Below, piece by piece: positions 20,213 through 30,300 of a stretch of DNA of 64,000 nucleotides. Source of the stretch: Christensenellales bacterium (lineage in GTDB: Bacteria; Bacillota; Clostridia; Christensenellales; MGBC116941); NCBI GenBank assembly GCA_050945795.1, contig JBMNTP010000002.1, forward strand, positions 22,188 through 86,187, written 5' to 3'. The notes beneath the pieces are model-generated. The model was not told where the DNA came from. It saw only the letters and a program-made list of their open reading frames with translations, and made no database searches. Positions within the stretch are counted from its first letter, which is position 1, and each line of letters begins with the position of its first letter. The position numbers and the translations under genes were made by a program.

Positions 20213-21661
20213 TCACAGCTTCGGGGCGGGTATGCCTCCCGCCGCCTGCTCATATGCGTATCCCGCCCTTAGTATAGCCGCCTCGCCAAGCGGCGGTCCT
20301 ATTATCTGCATACCTACCGGCAATCCTCCGTTCATGGCGCAGGGAATGCTCATGCCGCACAACCCCGCCGCGTTTATAGACGCCGTGCAGACATCGGCGG
20401 CGTATATCTCTTTAATATCCGATACCTCGCCAAAGCGCCATGCCGTTTTGGGCGAAGTAGGCATTATAAGCGCATCAAAGCTGGAAAACGCCTTGTCAAA
20501 GTCCATCTTGAGCAGTGTTCTCGCCTGCTGCGCCTTTTTATAATACGCGTCATAATAGCCGGAGCTTAACGCATACGCCCCTAGCATTATACGGCGCTTA
20601 ACCTCGACTCCAAAGCCTTCTGTACGCGTTTTGATATACATATCCCTTAAATCATCGTAATCCTTGGCGCGTAAACCGTACTTAACGCCGTCAAAGCGCG
20701 CTAGGTTTGAGCAAGCCTCAGCCGACGATATTATATAATAAGAGGCCAGCGCGAATTCGGTACTCGGCAGGCTACACTCCTCTACAATCGCTCCGGCATC
20801 ACTAAGCCTTTTAACGGCGCTTAATACCGCCTCTTTAATATCGGCATTTATCCATTCAAAATACTCTTTAGGCAACCCTATGCGCATACCCTTTACATCG
20901 CCGGTAAGCGCCGCAGTATAATCGGGAACCGGAGCGTCGAGCGATGTCGCATCCCTCTCATCTCGCCCTGAAATGGCGTTTAGCACCAGCGCCGCGTCGG
21001 TAACATCCTTTGTAATAGGCCCTACCTGGTCTAAAGAAGAGGCGAAAGCCACAACTCCAAACCTCGACACCCTGCCATACGTCGGCTTTAGTCCCACAAC
21101 GCCGCACAGCGCCGCCGGCTGGCGTATAGAGCCGCCGGTATCGGTGCCTATTGAAAATATAGCCTCTCCCGCCGCTACCGCCGCCGCGCTGCCGCCGCTT
21201 GAACCGCCGGGAACGCGCTCGGTATCATACGGGTTACATGTCTTTTTAAAATACGATGTCTCTGTTGTAGAGCCCATGGCGAATTCGTCAAGATTGGTTT
21301 TGCCCACCATTACCGCTCCTGCATCACTAAGCCTTTCGTATACATCGGCGCTGTAAGGCGGCACAAAATCCTTAAGCATCTTTGAAGCGCAGGTCGTTGA
21401 TATGCCTTTTGTACATACCAGATCTTTTAAGCCGTAAGGCACGCCTAAAAGACCGCCGCCCTCGCCCGCAGCGTAACGCTTTTCGGCGTCCTCGGCGCTT
21501 TTAAGCGCTGAATCCTCTGTCAGCGTAATATAAGCACCAATCTGAGGCTCAACGCTCTTTATCCTTTCAAATACAGAGCGGGTAAGCTCAACAGGCGAGA
21601 TTTCCCGCCTTTTCATCATACCCGTCAGTTCATGAGCCGTTTTTTCATACAGCCTGTCCAT
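20213..21661 (-). CDS. gatA: Asp/Glu-tRNA amidotransferase subunit A
   Basis: Amidase signature GKTNLDEFAMGS, PGGSSGGSAAAVA, GTDTGGSIRQPA; RRIMLG. Confidence 0.98.
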   Translation of the reverse strand: MDRLYEKTAHELTGMMKRREISPVELTRSVFERIKSVEPQIGAYITLTEDSALKSAEDAEKRYAAGEGGGLLGVPYGLKDLVCTKGISTTCASKMLKDFVPPYSADVYERLSDAGAVMVGKTNLDEFAMGSTTETSYFKKTCNPYDTERVPGGSSGGSAAAVAAGEAIFSIGTDTGGSIRQPAALCGVVGLKPTYGRVSRFGVVAFASSLDQVGPITKDVTDAALVLNAISGRDERDATSLDAPVPDYTAALTGDVKGMRIGLPKEYFEWINADIKEAVLSAVKRLSDAGAIVEECSLPSTEFALASYYIISSAEACSNLARFDGVKYGLRAKDYDDLRDMYIKTRTEGFGVEVKRRIMLGAYALSSGYYDAYYKKAQQARTLLKMDFDKAFSSFDALIMPTSPKTAWRFGEVSDIKEIYAADVCTASINAAGLCGMSIPCAMNGGLPVGMQIIGPPLGEAAILRAGYAYEQAAGGIPAPKL

Positions 21662-21948
21662 TATTCCACCACCTTTGGTACTATAAAGCAGCATTCGTCT
21701 TTTTCGGGCGCATTTTGCAATAGCGCCGCCCTGTCAGAGTACGGCACCAGCTTGTCCTCTCTTAAAACGTTTTCAACCGGCATAGCGTGGGTTGTGGGTA
21801 TTATGCCGGACGCGTCAAGCGCAGACAGCTTATCGGCAATCTCAATTATATTGCCCATATCCTCCACCAGCGCATCCATCTCGTCCTCGCCAATGCTTAT
21901 CATAGCCAGCGCCGCAGCGTGTTCTACATGCTCTCTTGTAATCTTCAT
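21661..21948 (-). CDS. gatC: Asp/Glu-tRNA amidotransferase subunit C
   Basis: 95 aa, MKITREHVEHAAALA...NVLRED...NAP...FIVPKVVE, directly upstream of gatA. Confidence 0.95.
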   Translation of the reverse strand: MKITREHVEHAAALAMISIGEDEMDALVEDMGNIIEIADKLSALDASGIIPTTHAMPVENVLREDKLVPYSDRAALLQNAPEKDECCFIVPKVVE

Positions 21949-21963
21949 AAAAGCCTCACTCCA

Positions 21964-23790
21964 TCATTCAACAGTAACGCTCTTTGCGAGGTTTCGCGGC
22001 TTGTCAATGTCGCATCCCCTCTCCAGCGCCATATAATACGCGAAAAGCTGCATGGGTATTATCGATAGTATAGGCGAAAAGCGGTTGGTGTGTGGTATCC
22101 GCCAAATATGGTCGGCCTCCTGCTCCATAACATCGTCGTTTTCGCTAACCAACGCCAGCACCTCCGCCCCCCGGACCTTTACCTCCTTAACGTTTGAAGC
22201 GATTTTATCGACTAGGTAGCCCTGCGTGGCTATTGCCACAACAAGCACCCCCTCCTCTATAAGGGCGATAGTCCCGTGCTTAAGCTCTCCCGCCGCGTAT
22301 GCCTCGGCATGCACATAAGATATTTCCTTAAGCTTTAGCGCCGCTTCAAGCGCTAAGCAGTAATCAAGCCCCCTGCCTATATAAAACATATGCCGCCGAT
22401 CAAAAACCCGGCTGGCAAAGTATTGTATAACGTCTTTTCTCTCAAGAAGCGCCTGCGTTTTTTCAGGCAGCGTCTTAAGCTCGCTTATAGCTGCAAAAAG
22501 CTCCTCGCTTTTTATATTTCCCCTTTTAGAAGCCATGTCATACGCCAATATATAAAGCATGAGCACCTGGGATATAAACGCCTTAGTAGAAGCTACGGCA
22601 ATCTCCGGCCCCGCAATGGTATAAAGCACATGGTCGGCTTCCCTCGCTATTGTCGAGCCTATCATATTGCATATCGCTATAACCTCGGCGCCCCTGCGCT
22701 TGGCTTCTCGCATGGCGGCGATGGTGTCGGCGGTTTCCCCCGACTGACTTATTATAATGAACAAATCGCCTTTGTCTATTATAGGATCTCTGTATCTATA
22801 TTCGCTGGCGATGTCGACCTCAACGGGTATACGCGCCAGCTTTTCTATAATCGCCTTGCCCACCATACCGGCGTGGTATGCCGTACCGCACGCTACTATC
22901 TTTATAGAGCTAAGCCGCTTTGCCCGCTCAGCGTCTATAGGCATAAATTCATCGCGCATGGCCATAGCTTCGGTATCGACGTATTTTTCGAGTGTATTTC
23001 TAAGTACCGACGGCTGCTCGTGTATTTCCTTTATCATGAAATGCTCAAAGCCGCCTTTTTCTGCCGCCTCTATATCCCAGCTTATACGCTGCGCCGGCCT
23101 TTGAGCTCTCTGTCCGAATTCATCGTAAAATTCCGCGGTGCCGCGTCCTATGACAGCGACGTCGCGGTCGTCTAAAAAATATATATTTCGAGTGTATTCA
23201 AGAAGCGCCGTTACATCGGAACCTATAAACCCTTCATTCTCTGTAAGTCCTACTACAAGAGGACTGTCTTTTCTTACGCAATAAAGTTTCTCCGGCGCGT
23301 CGTTGCATATTATGGCCAATGCGTAAGAGCCTTTAAGCACCGCCACCGTTTTATATATCGCCGCCACCATATCGCCATTGTAGTAATAATCGAGCAGGTG
23401 CGCTATTACTTCAGTGTCCGTTTCCGATGCGAATTTATAGCCTTTTGCGCTTAGCATCTGCTTAAGCTTGAAATAGTTTTCTATTATGCCGTTATGCACT
23501 ACGGCTATGCCGTGTCCCGCATTTGACTGCGGATGCGCGTTTATGTCGGAAGGCTCGCCGTGTGTAGCCCATCTGGTATGCCCTATGCCTGTTGTTCCTG
23601 AAAGAGGGGTTTTAAGTAGCCTGTCTTGGAGTTTTGTCAACCTGCCCTTAGCTTTGGCTATGTTTATTGTGCCGCCGTCGTATATGGCTACTCCCGCCGA
23701 GTCATATCCCCTGTATTCAAGCCGTTCTAGTCCGCCGAGCAATATCGGCTGGCATTGTTTATCTCCAGTATATCCGACTATACCGCACAT
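21964..23790 (-). CDS. glmS: glutamine--fructose-6-phosphate aminotransferase
   Basis: MCGIVG start, LEYRGYDSAG, GHTRWATHG, HNGIIEN, SQSGETADT, PRNLAKSVTVE. Confidence 0.98.
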   Translation of the reverse strand: MCGIVGYTGDKQCQPILLGGLERLEYRGYDSAGVAIYDGGTINIAKAKGRLTKLQDRLLKTPLSGTTGIGHTRWATHGEPSDINAHPQSNAGHGIAVVHNGIIENYFKLKQMLSAKGYKFASETDTEVIAHLLDYYYNGDMVAAIYKTVAVLKGSYALAIICNDAPEKLYCVRKDSPLVVGLTENEGFIGSDVTALLEYTRNIYFLDDRDVAVIGRGTAEFYDEFGQRAQRPAQRISWDIEAAEKGGFEHFMIKEIHEQPSVLRNTLEKYVDTEAMAMRDEFMPIDAERAKRLSSIKIVACGTAYHAGMVGKAIIEKLARIPVEVDIASEYRYRDPIIDKGDLFIIISQSGETADTIAAMREAKRRGAEVIAICNMIGSTIAREADHVLYTIAGPEIAVASTKAFISQVLMLYILAYDMASKRGNIKSEELFAAISELKTLPEKTQALLERKDVIQYFASRVFDRRHMFYIGRGLDYCLALEAALKLKEISYVHAEAYAAGELKHGTIALIEEGVLVVAIATQGYLVDKIASNVKEVKVRGAEVLALVSENDDVMEQEADHIWRIPHTNRFSPILSIIPMQLFAYYMALERGCDIDKPRNLAKSVTVE

Positions 23791-23827
23791 TAATTCCACT
23801 CCTATCCGCGCGTCTAAACCATACAAT

Positions 23828-23926
23828 AAAAAAACAGAATAAACGTCCTGAAGGGTATTCAGTTATCCCACTCCAGAACGCCGTTATCCTTGGCTGATTA
23901 TAGCATAAAACCATATCCTCGCACAA
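23828..23926 (-). promoter_or_regulatory. glmS-operon promoter followed by a terminator-like leader hairpin
   Basis: TTGTGC-18-TATAAT with TG extension (23897-23926), then a long imperfect hairpin (23837-23889) and a T7 run before the glmS RBS. Confidence 0.5.
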
Positions 23927-24018
23927 CATAATTCTTTATGTCGCGCGCGCAGTATCAGCCGTCAATTAATTATATTTTTATGCCGCGCACTATATACCGG
24001 CGCTAAAGGATAAGCGAA

Positions 24019-25530
24019 CTATCTCATAAAATCCTGGCTCGCCGCGTTTTTCTTTACCTCCGCGTCGGTTTCTAAAATATCCAAAAAAGCATCTACTACG
24101 CGCTTATCAAACTGTGTGTTCGAGCCCTGCACCAACTGCTTTTTAGCCTCCTCAAGTGTAAGATGGGTACGGTAATGCCTGTCCGACGTCATGGCGTCAA
24201 AAGCGTCTGCTACGGCGAGTATCCTTGCCGAAATCCCAATCTCTTCGCCCTTAAGCCCGTCAGAATAACCCTTCCCGTCGTATCTCTCATGATGATGCAG
24301 CACAATAGGCACAACATCTTGGAACATCGATACGGCGGAGAGTATCATAGCGCCTTTGCTCGGATGCTTCTTTATTTCATCATATTCTTCTTTTGTCAGC
24401 GCCCTGCGCTTTAAAAGTATGTCGTCGGCTGTTCCTATTTTGCCTATATCATGGAATATGCCGGCAAGGTGCAGCCTTTCAAGCTCATCCTCGCTTAGCC
24501 CCATCCGCTTGCCTATAACCTGCGAATAATACGATACCCTGTCGCTGTGACCTCGAGTATATTCGTCCTTTGCGTCAACGGTAAGCCTTAAGACTTCTAT
24601 AGTATCCATATACCTGCGCTTAAGTTGGGCGTAGGTGTGTATAAGCTCTTCGTTTTTGGTGTTAACCAGAGAATGTAAAGATGCGTTGTTTATAGATGAC
24701 GCAGCCTGACTGGCGTATATCTGCAGCAGCTTTATGCCTTCAAGCGATTGCTTGCCGCCTACAAACAGCACGCCTATCGAGTTTCTCGTATCGTTTGACA
24801 GCGGTATAGCAACGCCGTTATCCTTTTCTATAACCTCGTTTCCGGCGCGCGCCCGGCCAATAAGCTCTAAAAGGTTTGGCCCGAGTATCTCTGAGAATCT
24901 TTCAAGCGGCGCCATAAACTTGCCTATGCCCCTAAATATACTCTGCTGCCCGCCGCCCTTTTCATCGAGCTCATCTATAAGTATAAACGCATCCTTACTG
25001 TTTACCAGCGGCAGTATCTGCTCTAATATCTCCTCAAGTATATTGCCTATGGGCTGAAGCTGATATATCTTTGGCACCGCGCCAAGAATACTGTTTAGCC
25101 CCTCTTGGAATTTTTTTATAAGCCGCATTTGCGATATAGACTTTATGCCCGACTCAATAAGCAATTGAAGCTGATCCAGCCTGTCGCTTTTTTCGCAGTA
25201 AGCTTGTATATCGAGGGATTTTATTGTTTCTATAGGCGGCGCTAAATCCTTATGGCCGGTGAGCAGCAGTATATACAGCTCTTTATCGAACTTGCGTATG
25301 CTTTCAACAACCATATCTCCCCTAAGCGGGTGCATATAATAATCGAGCACGAGTATATCGTATTTTTCGCGCCTAAGCTCCTCAATGCCGTCCATAGGGT
25401 TGGTAAATCCTATAGACCAGTATCCATTTCGCTCAAGCAATGCGCCAACGATATCAACTATGCCCTCTTCGTCGTCTACCAGCATAATTTTATATTCCCT
25501 AGACAAATCCTTGGTCTTAGTTTTTCTCAT
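24019..25530 (-). CDS. response regulator with REC, GAF-like and HD-GYP domains (candidate c-di-GMP phosphodiesterase)
   Basis: REC motifs (LVDDEE, LDYYM, LLTG, CEK); YTRGHSDRV, FHDIGK, HHHERYDGKGYS, ADAFDAMTSDRHYR. Confidence 0.9.
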   Translation of the reverse strand: MRKTKTKDLSREYKIMLVDDEEGIVDIVGALLERNGYWSIGFTNPMDGIEELRREKYDILVLDYYMHPLRGDMVVESIRKFDKELYILLLTGHKDLAPPIETIKSLDIQAYCEKSDRLDQLQLLIESGIKSISQMRLIKKFQEGLNSILGAVPKIYQLQPIGNILEEILEQILPLVNSKDAFILIDELDEKGGGQQSIFRGIGKFMAPLERFSEILGPNLLELIGRARAGNEVIEKDNGVAIPLSNDTRNSIGVLFVGGKQSLEGIKLLQIYASQAASSINNASLHSLVNTKNEELIHTYAQLKRRYMDTIEVLRLTVDAKDEYTRGHSDRVSYYSQVIGKRMGLSEDELERLHLAGIFHDIGKIGTADDILLKRRALTKEEYDEIKKHPSKGAMILSAVSMFQDVVPIVLHHHERYDGKGYSDGLKGEEIGISARILAVADAFDAMTSDRHYRTHLTLEEAKKQLVQGSNTQFDKRVVDAFLDILETDAEVKKNAASQDFMR

Positions 25531-25548
25531 AACATCAACCCTCTTAAG

Positions 25549-27375
25549 CTATAAAAGCGGAATAGATATATAAAATGTCGTGCCGTCCCCCGATCTTGTC
25601 TCAAACCACATCTTGCCCCTGAATCCGCCTTTAACGGTACTATGCGACATATACAGCCCCAAACCTGTCCCGTACTTGCCTTTCGTTGTCACCATAGCGT
25701 TGAGCAGCTTGGTCCTTATGCTTTTGTCTATGCCGCCCGCCTTATCCTTAATGGCGAAAATCAGATTATCGTTTTCCTTGGTTAAATCAAGCTTTATAAC
25801 GCCCGGCTTACCGCCATAAGCCTGTATGGCATTGACAATAATATTATCGAACACCTGAACCAGGCTGTTTATATCGCCCTTAAGCTTTGTTTTCAAATCT
25901 ACTTCAGTATTTATTGTCATGGAACAGGCGGATTTTGTCAACTCATGTCTCATTAAAATATTGACGCGTTTAAAAAGTTCTTCAATTGTGAAATACGATT
26001 CCTCGCTGCCTATAAACTTTGTAGCCTGATCTTTAACCGTTGATATTATATCCGCCATATACCCCATATGTGTTTTGACCTTGGCAGTCCATTGCATTAT
26101 CTCACCGGCTATTTCCCTATGATCGTCATCTGTAACAGAACTGTCGCCTATCGAATCGCGGTATTCCTCGGTCAAATGCCTTATCTGGTCAATAGAGCCG
26201 GCAACCGACATTATAGGTGTTCTAAGGTTATGCGCTATGCCGCCTATAAGCTGCCCCAGCATAGCCAACCGCTCTCTTTCAAGCAGCGCCACCTGGTTTT
26301 CCTGTATTGTCTTTGTATCCATTACATGCTGCGTTATATCTTTAAAAAGCAGTATAACCGCCGCTGTATGATTGTTTTTATAAGCTATGGGCGTCAATTC
26401 AATTATATAATACAGCTTTTCATCCTGCCATTCGAGGCTGAAATCCAGCATCGCCGCCTCTCCGCTTTGAAATACCTTTTGGGCAAACTCCTTTATCTTC
26501 TGCACGCTATAATCGGCTCCGATTTTAGTATCAGCAAAATCTGAAAGATTTTTTACCGCTCTTGGCTGCAATCCCGACCTGAGTATGAAATTATCCTCAA
26601 ACGCCTTGTTGTGATCTATAACTCTGTAATCGGAATCTATAACTACAAAGCTATCAGATATTCTGTTTACCACCGTTTGCGTGGCGATAGGCGTTATTTT
26701 AAGCAAATTATACCTGAATATGCCAAGTGCGAACAGCGCTAATGTAAGCGCAAAAGCCGCCGGCGTGGTATGAACGGTAAAGCCGGGTACACGAATCGTG
26801 TAGAGCACATTCGTCGCCAGCGGTATAATGCTGCCTACGCTTATTGTTATAGCCTGCAGCGAAAGTATGCCGGAGTTTTTTATGGCAAAAAACACAAGAT
26901 AGCCCAGCCCCGCCAGCATACAAACATACATATATGCGGCATGGAAATAAAAATACGGACCGGTTACATTCAAAGAGGTATCAAGAGCGCTGTATGACTG
27001 ATAGAAAAGATGATGATAGTCGTTTGTCCATACCATTATTATGGAAATAATCGGTACTATCAATATATATTTATACAGCCTGTAAATCGCCCTTTCGGGA
27101 TACGCAAATACCAACCCCAGTACCAGCAGCGACACCGGCGCCAGCGCCGAACCAAGATACGTCATGTTTTCCCAGAACATAATCATATCCGCATCGCCTA
27201 TATTTGCGGCCAAACTTTCAAATATAACCGCTACCGACCATATTATAAGCTCTATAACAATAGTAAGAAAAACATTATGCAGTATCGACCGCTTTTTTAT
27301 AGATAATATGTATACCAAAAGCCCTATAAGGAACAGCGTTGTTATGCATAGCACATAAAGCCATAGTTCATTCAT
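25549..27375 (-). CDS. sensor histidine kinase with N-terminal 7TM domain and PAS-like domain
   Basis: About 7 hydrophobic helices (including WTNDYHHLFY), PAS-like segment ending FKDIT, H-box AHNLRTP, N-box NAIQA, DKAGGI, TTKGKYGTGLGLY. Confidence 0.92.
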   Translation of the reverse strand: MNELWLYVLCITTLFLIGLLVYILSIKKRSILHNVFLTIVIELIIWSVAVIFESLAANIGDADMIMFWENMTYLGSALAPVSLLVLGLVFAYPERAIYRLYKYILIVPIISIIMVWTNDYHHLFYQSYSALDTSLNVTGPYFYFHAAYMYVCMLAGLGYLVFFAIKNSGILSLQAITISVGSIIPLATNVLYTIRVPGFTVHTTPAAFALTLALFALGIFRYNLLKITPIATQTVVNRISDSFVVIDSDYRVIDHNKAFEDNFILRSGLQPRAVKNLSDFADTKIGADYSVQKIKEFAQKVFQSGEAAMLDFSLEWQDEKLYYIIELTPIAYKNNHTAAVILLFKDITQHVMDTKTIQENQVALLERERLAMLGQLIGGIAHNLRTPIMSVAGSIDQIRHLTEEYRDSIGDSSVTDDDHREIAGEIMQWTAKVKTHMGYMADIISTVKDQATKFIGSEESYFTIEELFKRVNILMRHELTKSACSMTINTEVDLKTKLKGDINSLVQVFDNIIVNAIQAYGGKPGVIKLDLTKENDNLIFAIKDKAGGIDKSIRTKLLNAMVTTKGKYGTGLGLYMSHSTVKGGFRGKMWFETRSGDGTTFYISIPLL

Positions 27376-30300
27376 ATGCTGACCTCCTTATCATAAGCAA
27401 AGATATCCGATACATAGCCTTCTATATACTTCTCATCAATTACCGGCCATTTAAAAACTATGCCCTTAAGACACTCCGATGTAATATCGCTTGAAAGGGC
27501 AATCCTCTGCTCACCTTGCGATACGTCTACAAGCAGTCCGGCAAGGCTGTCGTATTTTCCCGAGCGGCTCATACTCAATACTATTTCGGTAAATTCGGCA
27601 TCCGGCTTAACCTCGATTGCGCGATCCATGCGGCTCAGCGTTTTCGCCAGCCATCCGGCGGTTACAACATTGGGATTGTCTAAATGATATACCCGCTCCT
27701 TCATGCCCTTCGCCGCCGCTAGCGCCAGCACCGCCTCTGCCGATGCGTCTACAGGTGCCAGCTCAAGCTGCTGTCCCTCCATGCTTTGAGGTATAGCGCC
27801 TATGCTTATAAGCGCCTTTATGCGCTGCGCGAAAGCGTTTTTCTCCGGCTCTCTTTGGAATTTTCCGTCCCCCGTCCTGCCGGTAAGGTTGCCTATTCTG
27901 TATATGCGGGCGTCCAGCCCCTTTTCAATCGCCTCAAGCACAATGCCTTCGGCTATAAACTTTGTCCTAACATATTCGTTGTCGGTATAATTCTGGCCTA
28001 TAAAATAATCCCTCTCGCTAAGCTCTCCGTGCTTTTGAGCGTCGCCTTCAAAATGCGTGCCGGTAACGCTTATTGTCGATAGGTGCAGAAGTACGGCTCC
28101 GGCTTGTTTTGCCAGCCTAACCGCCTGCCTTGTACCCTCAACATTAACCCTGTCAAAGTCCTCCGGTCTTCCGATATGGCTTGTTATGGCCGCGCAATGC
28201 ACCACCGTATCTACAACCGCCGCTTTTTCATAATCTCTTCGTGAAAGCCCAATGCGATGTCGTGATACATCTCCTTTTAAAACCTCGGTACCCGCGAGTA
28301 TGCCCTCCGCCTCCATAGCAAAATAATATCTTACGGTATCAAAAAGCCTCTTTCGCGCCGCGTCATTATCCTCCGCTCTGACAATACAATAAACCTTTGA
28401 GCCGTATTCCTTCCTAAGCTGCCTTAGTATATAAGCACCGGCATATCCCGTCGCCCCCGTTAGAAGCACAGTTTCAAGCCGCACCGGCATAAGCGGCTCA
28501 TCAGACGGCACAACGCTTACCCTAAGCGCCGGCGTACCTTTCGCCCCGCCCGCCGCTTTGGCTTCTTCTTTCATGTCAATGCGCGAGCATATTTTTCTTA
28601 GCGTGCCTAGGGAATAGAAGTCCTGCGTGCGTATGCTCCAGCCAAACTGTATAATTGCCGCCTGAACTTTTATAACCGCTAAAGAATCGCCGCCGAGCGA
28701 AAAGAAGTTATCATCCGGTCGTATTCCCGAAACGCCGAGCACACGGCTCCATATCCTTGCCATCTTCTTCTCCGCCGCGCTCATACCCGATGCCTTTACC
28801 GCCGCCTCCGGCTGAGCTTTTTTATCCGGCTCGGGCAGCGCCTTTCTGTCCACCTTGCCGTTTAATGTAAGTGGCATTGCCTCAAGCTGTAGAAGATACT
28901 GCGGCACCATATAATTAGGCAGCCTTTCGCCCAGCTTTTTTCGCAGCTCGTCCTTGTCAACGGCTTGCTTTGAGGCAAAATATCCGCACAGATATTTATT
29001 CATGCCGGAGCCAAAATCCTTCACAACCGCCTCGTCTATGCCGGGAAATTCACGCATCGCCGCTTCAATTTCGCCCAGCTCTATGCGTAACCCTCTTATT
29101 TTTATCTGGTTATCCGCCCGCCCCATTATCTCCATTTCGCCGTTTTCCATAAACGCGCATATATCCCCCGATTTATACATAACTCCGCCGGGGAAAAACG
29201 GGGCGGGCAAAAAGCTTTTTTTATTAAGCTCGTTACGGCCTATATATCCCGTCCCAACGCAATGCCCGCCAATATAAGCCTCGCCCGGAACGCCTATGGG
29301 AGTAGGGTTCATATCGGCATCGAGTATATACATGCGGGTGTTTATAATAGGCTTTCCTATTGTGATATGGCGGGTGGCGCTTAAATCCTTGAATGTGCAG
29401 TACACAGTTGTTTCGCTCGGGCCATAGCCGCTTATAATGCGCGCCGAAGTATGCTTTTTAAGCAGCGCCAGCAGCGATGAAGGAAACTCCTCACCGCCCA
29501 ATACAATCTTTTTAATATTGCCGCCCGCCGCCTTTCTAAACGCCTTGTCCTCCATCATAAGCCGCATGCGTGTCGGCGTTGTCTGTATAAACGCCACGCC
29601 CTCGCGCTCTATAAGACCGGCAAGCAGCACCGGCTGCCTTAACTCTTCCTCTGTGCATATTACAACTGTGCAGCCAAATAGCATAGGCATTATAGCGTCT
29701 ATTACAAATATATCGAAGGATACAGTAGTAACAGACACGCTTATCTCGTCCGGATCGAACGCTATCGTCGACTTCGTAGCCTCATAAAGGTTATACAGCG
29801 CTATCCTCGGCAGCACAACTCCTTTTGGCGTGCCGGTAGAGCCGGATGTGTATATTATATACGCGGCATCCTGCGGCTCGTTTATATGCTCAGGATTTTC
29901 GACCCGTCCCGCCGTGCTTATGTCCTTTGTATATATAACTGCGCCATCAAATTCAAAGTCTATATCGCAATCGGTTATTATATGCGTCGCGCCGCTGTCT
30001 TTTAGCATAAACGCCACCCTGTCATCAGGATATGCCGGGTCAAGCGGCAGATACCCGCCGCCGGCCTTTAATATGCCCATAAGCGCCGCCATCATATCAA
30101 AAGAGCGGCTTATATGCAGCGCCACAACTGTATTTCTTGAAACGCCGTCCTCTTTAAGGCGCAGCGCTATTTGATTAGCTCTATCGTTAAGCTGCCCAAA
30201 AGTAATGCTCTTATCGTCCACCACCAGCGCTTTTTTGTCGGGTATACGCCTTGCTAACTCTTCAAGCGCGCCCTGTATACTGCCATCGGGCAGCGGCGCG

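Noticed and set aside
23791-24018. glmS ribozyme or glycine riboswitch
   Set aside because: The ribozyme core motifs are absent. The CTGGAG..CTTCAGG resemblance to a glycine aptamer lacks room for the inner stems.
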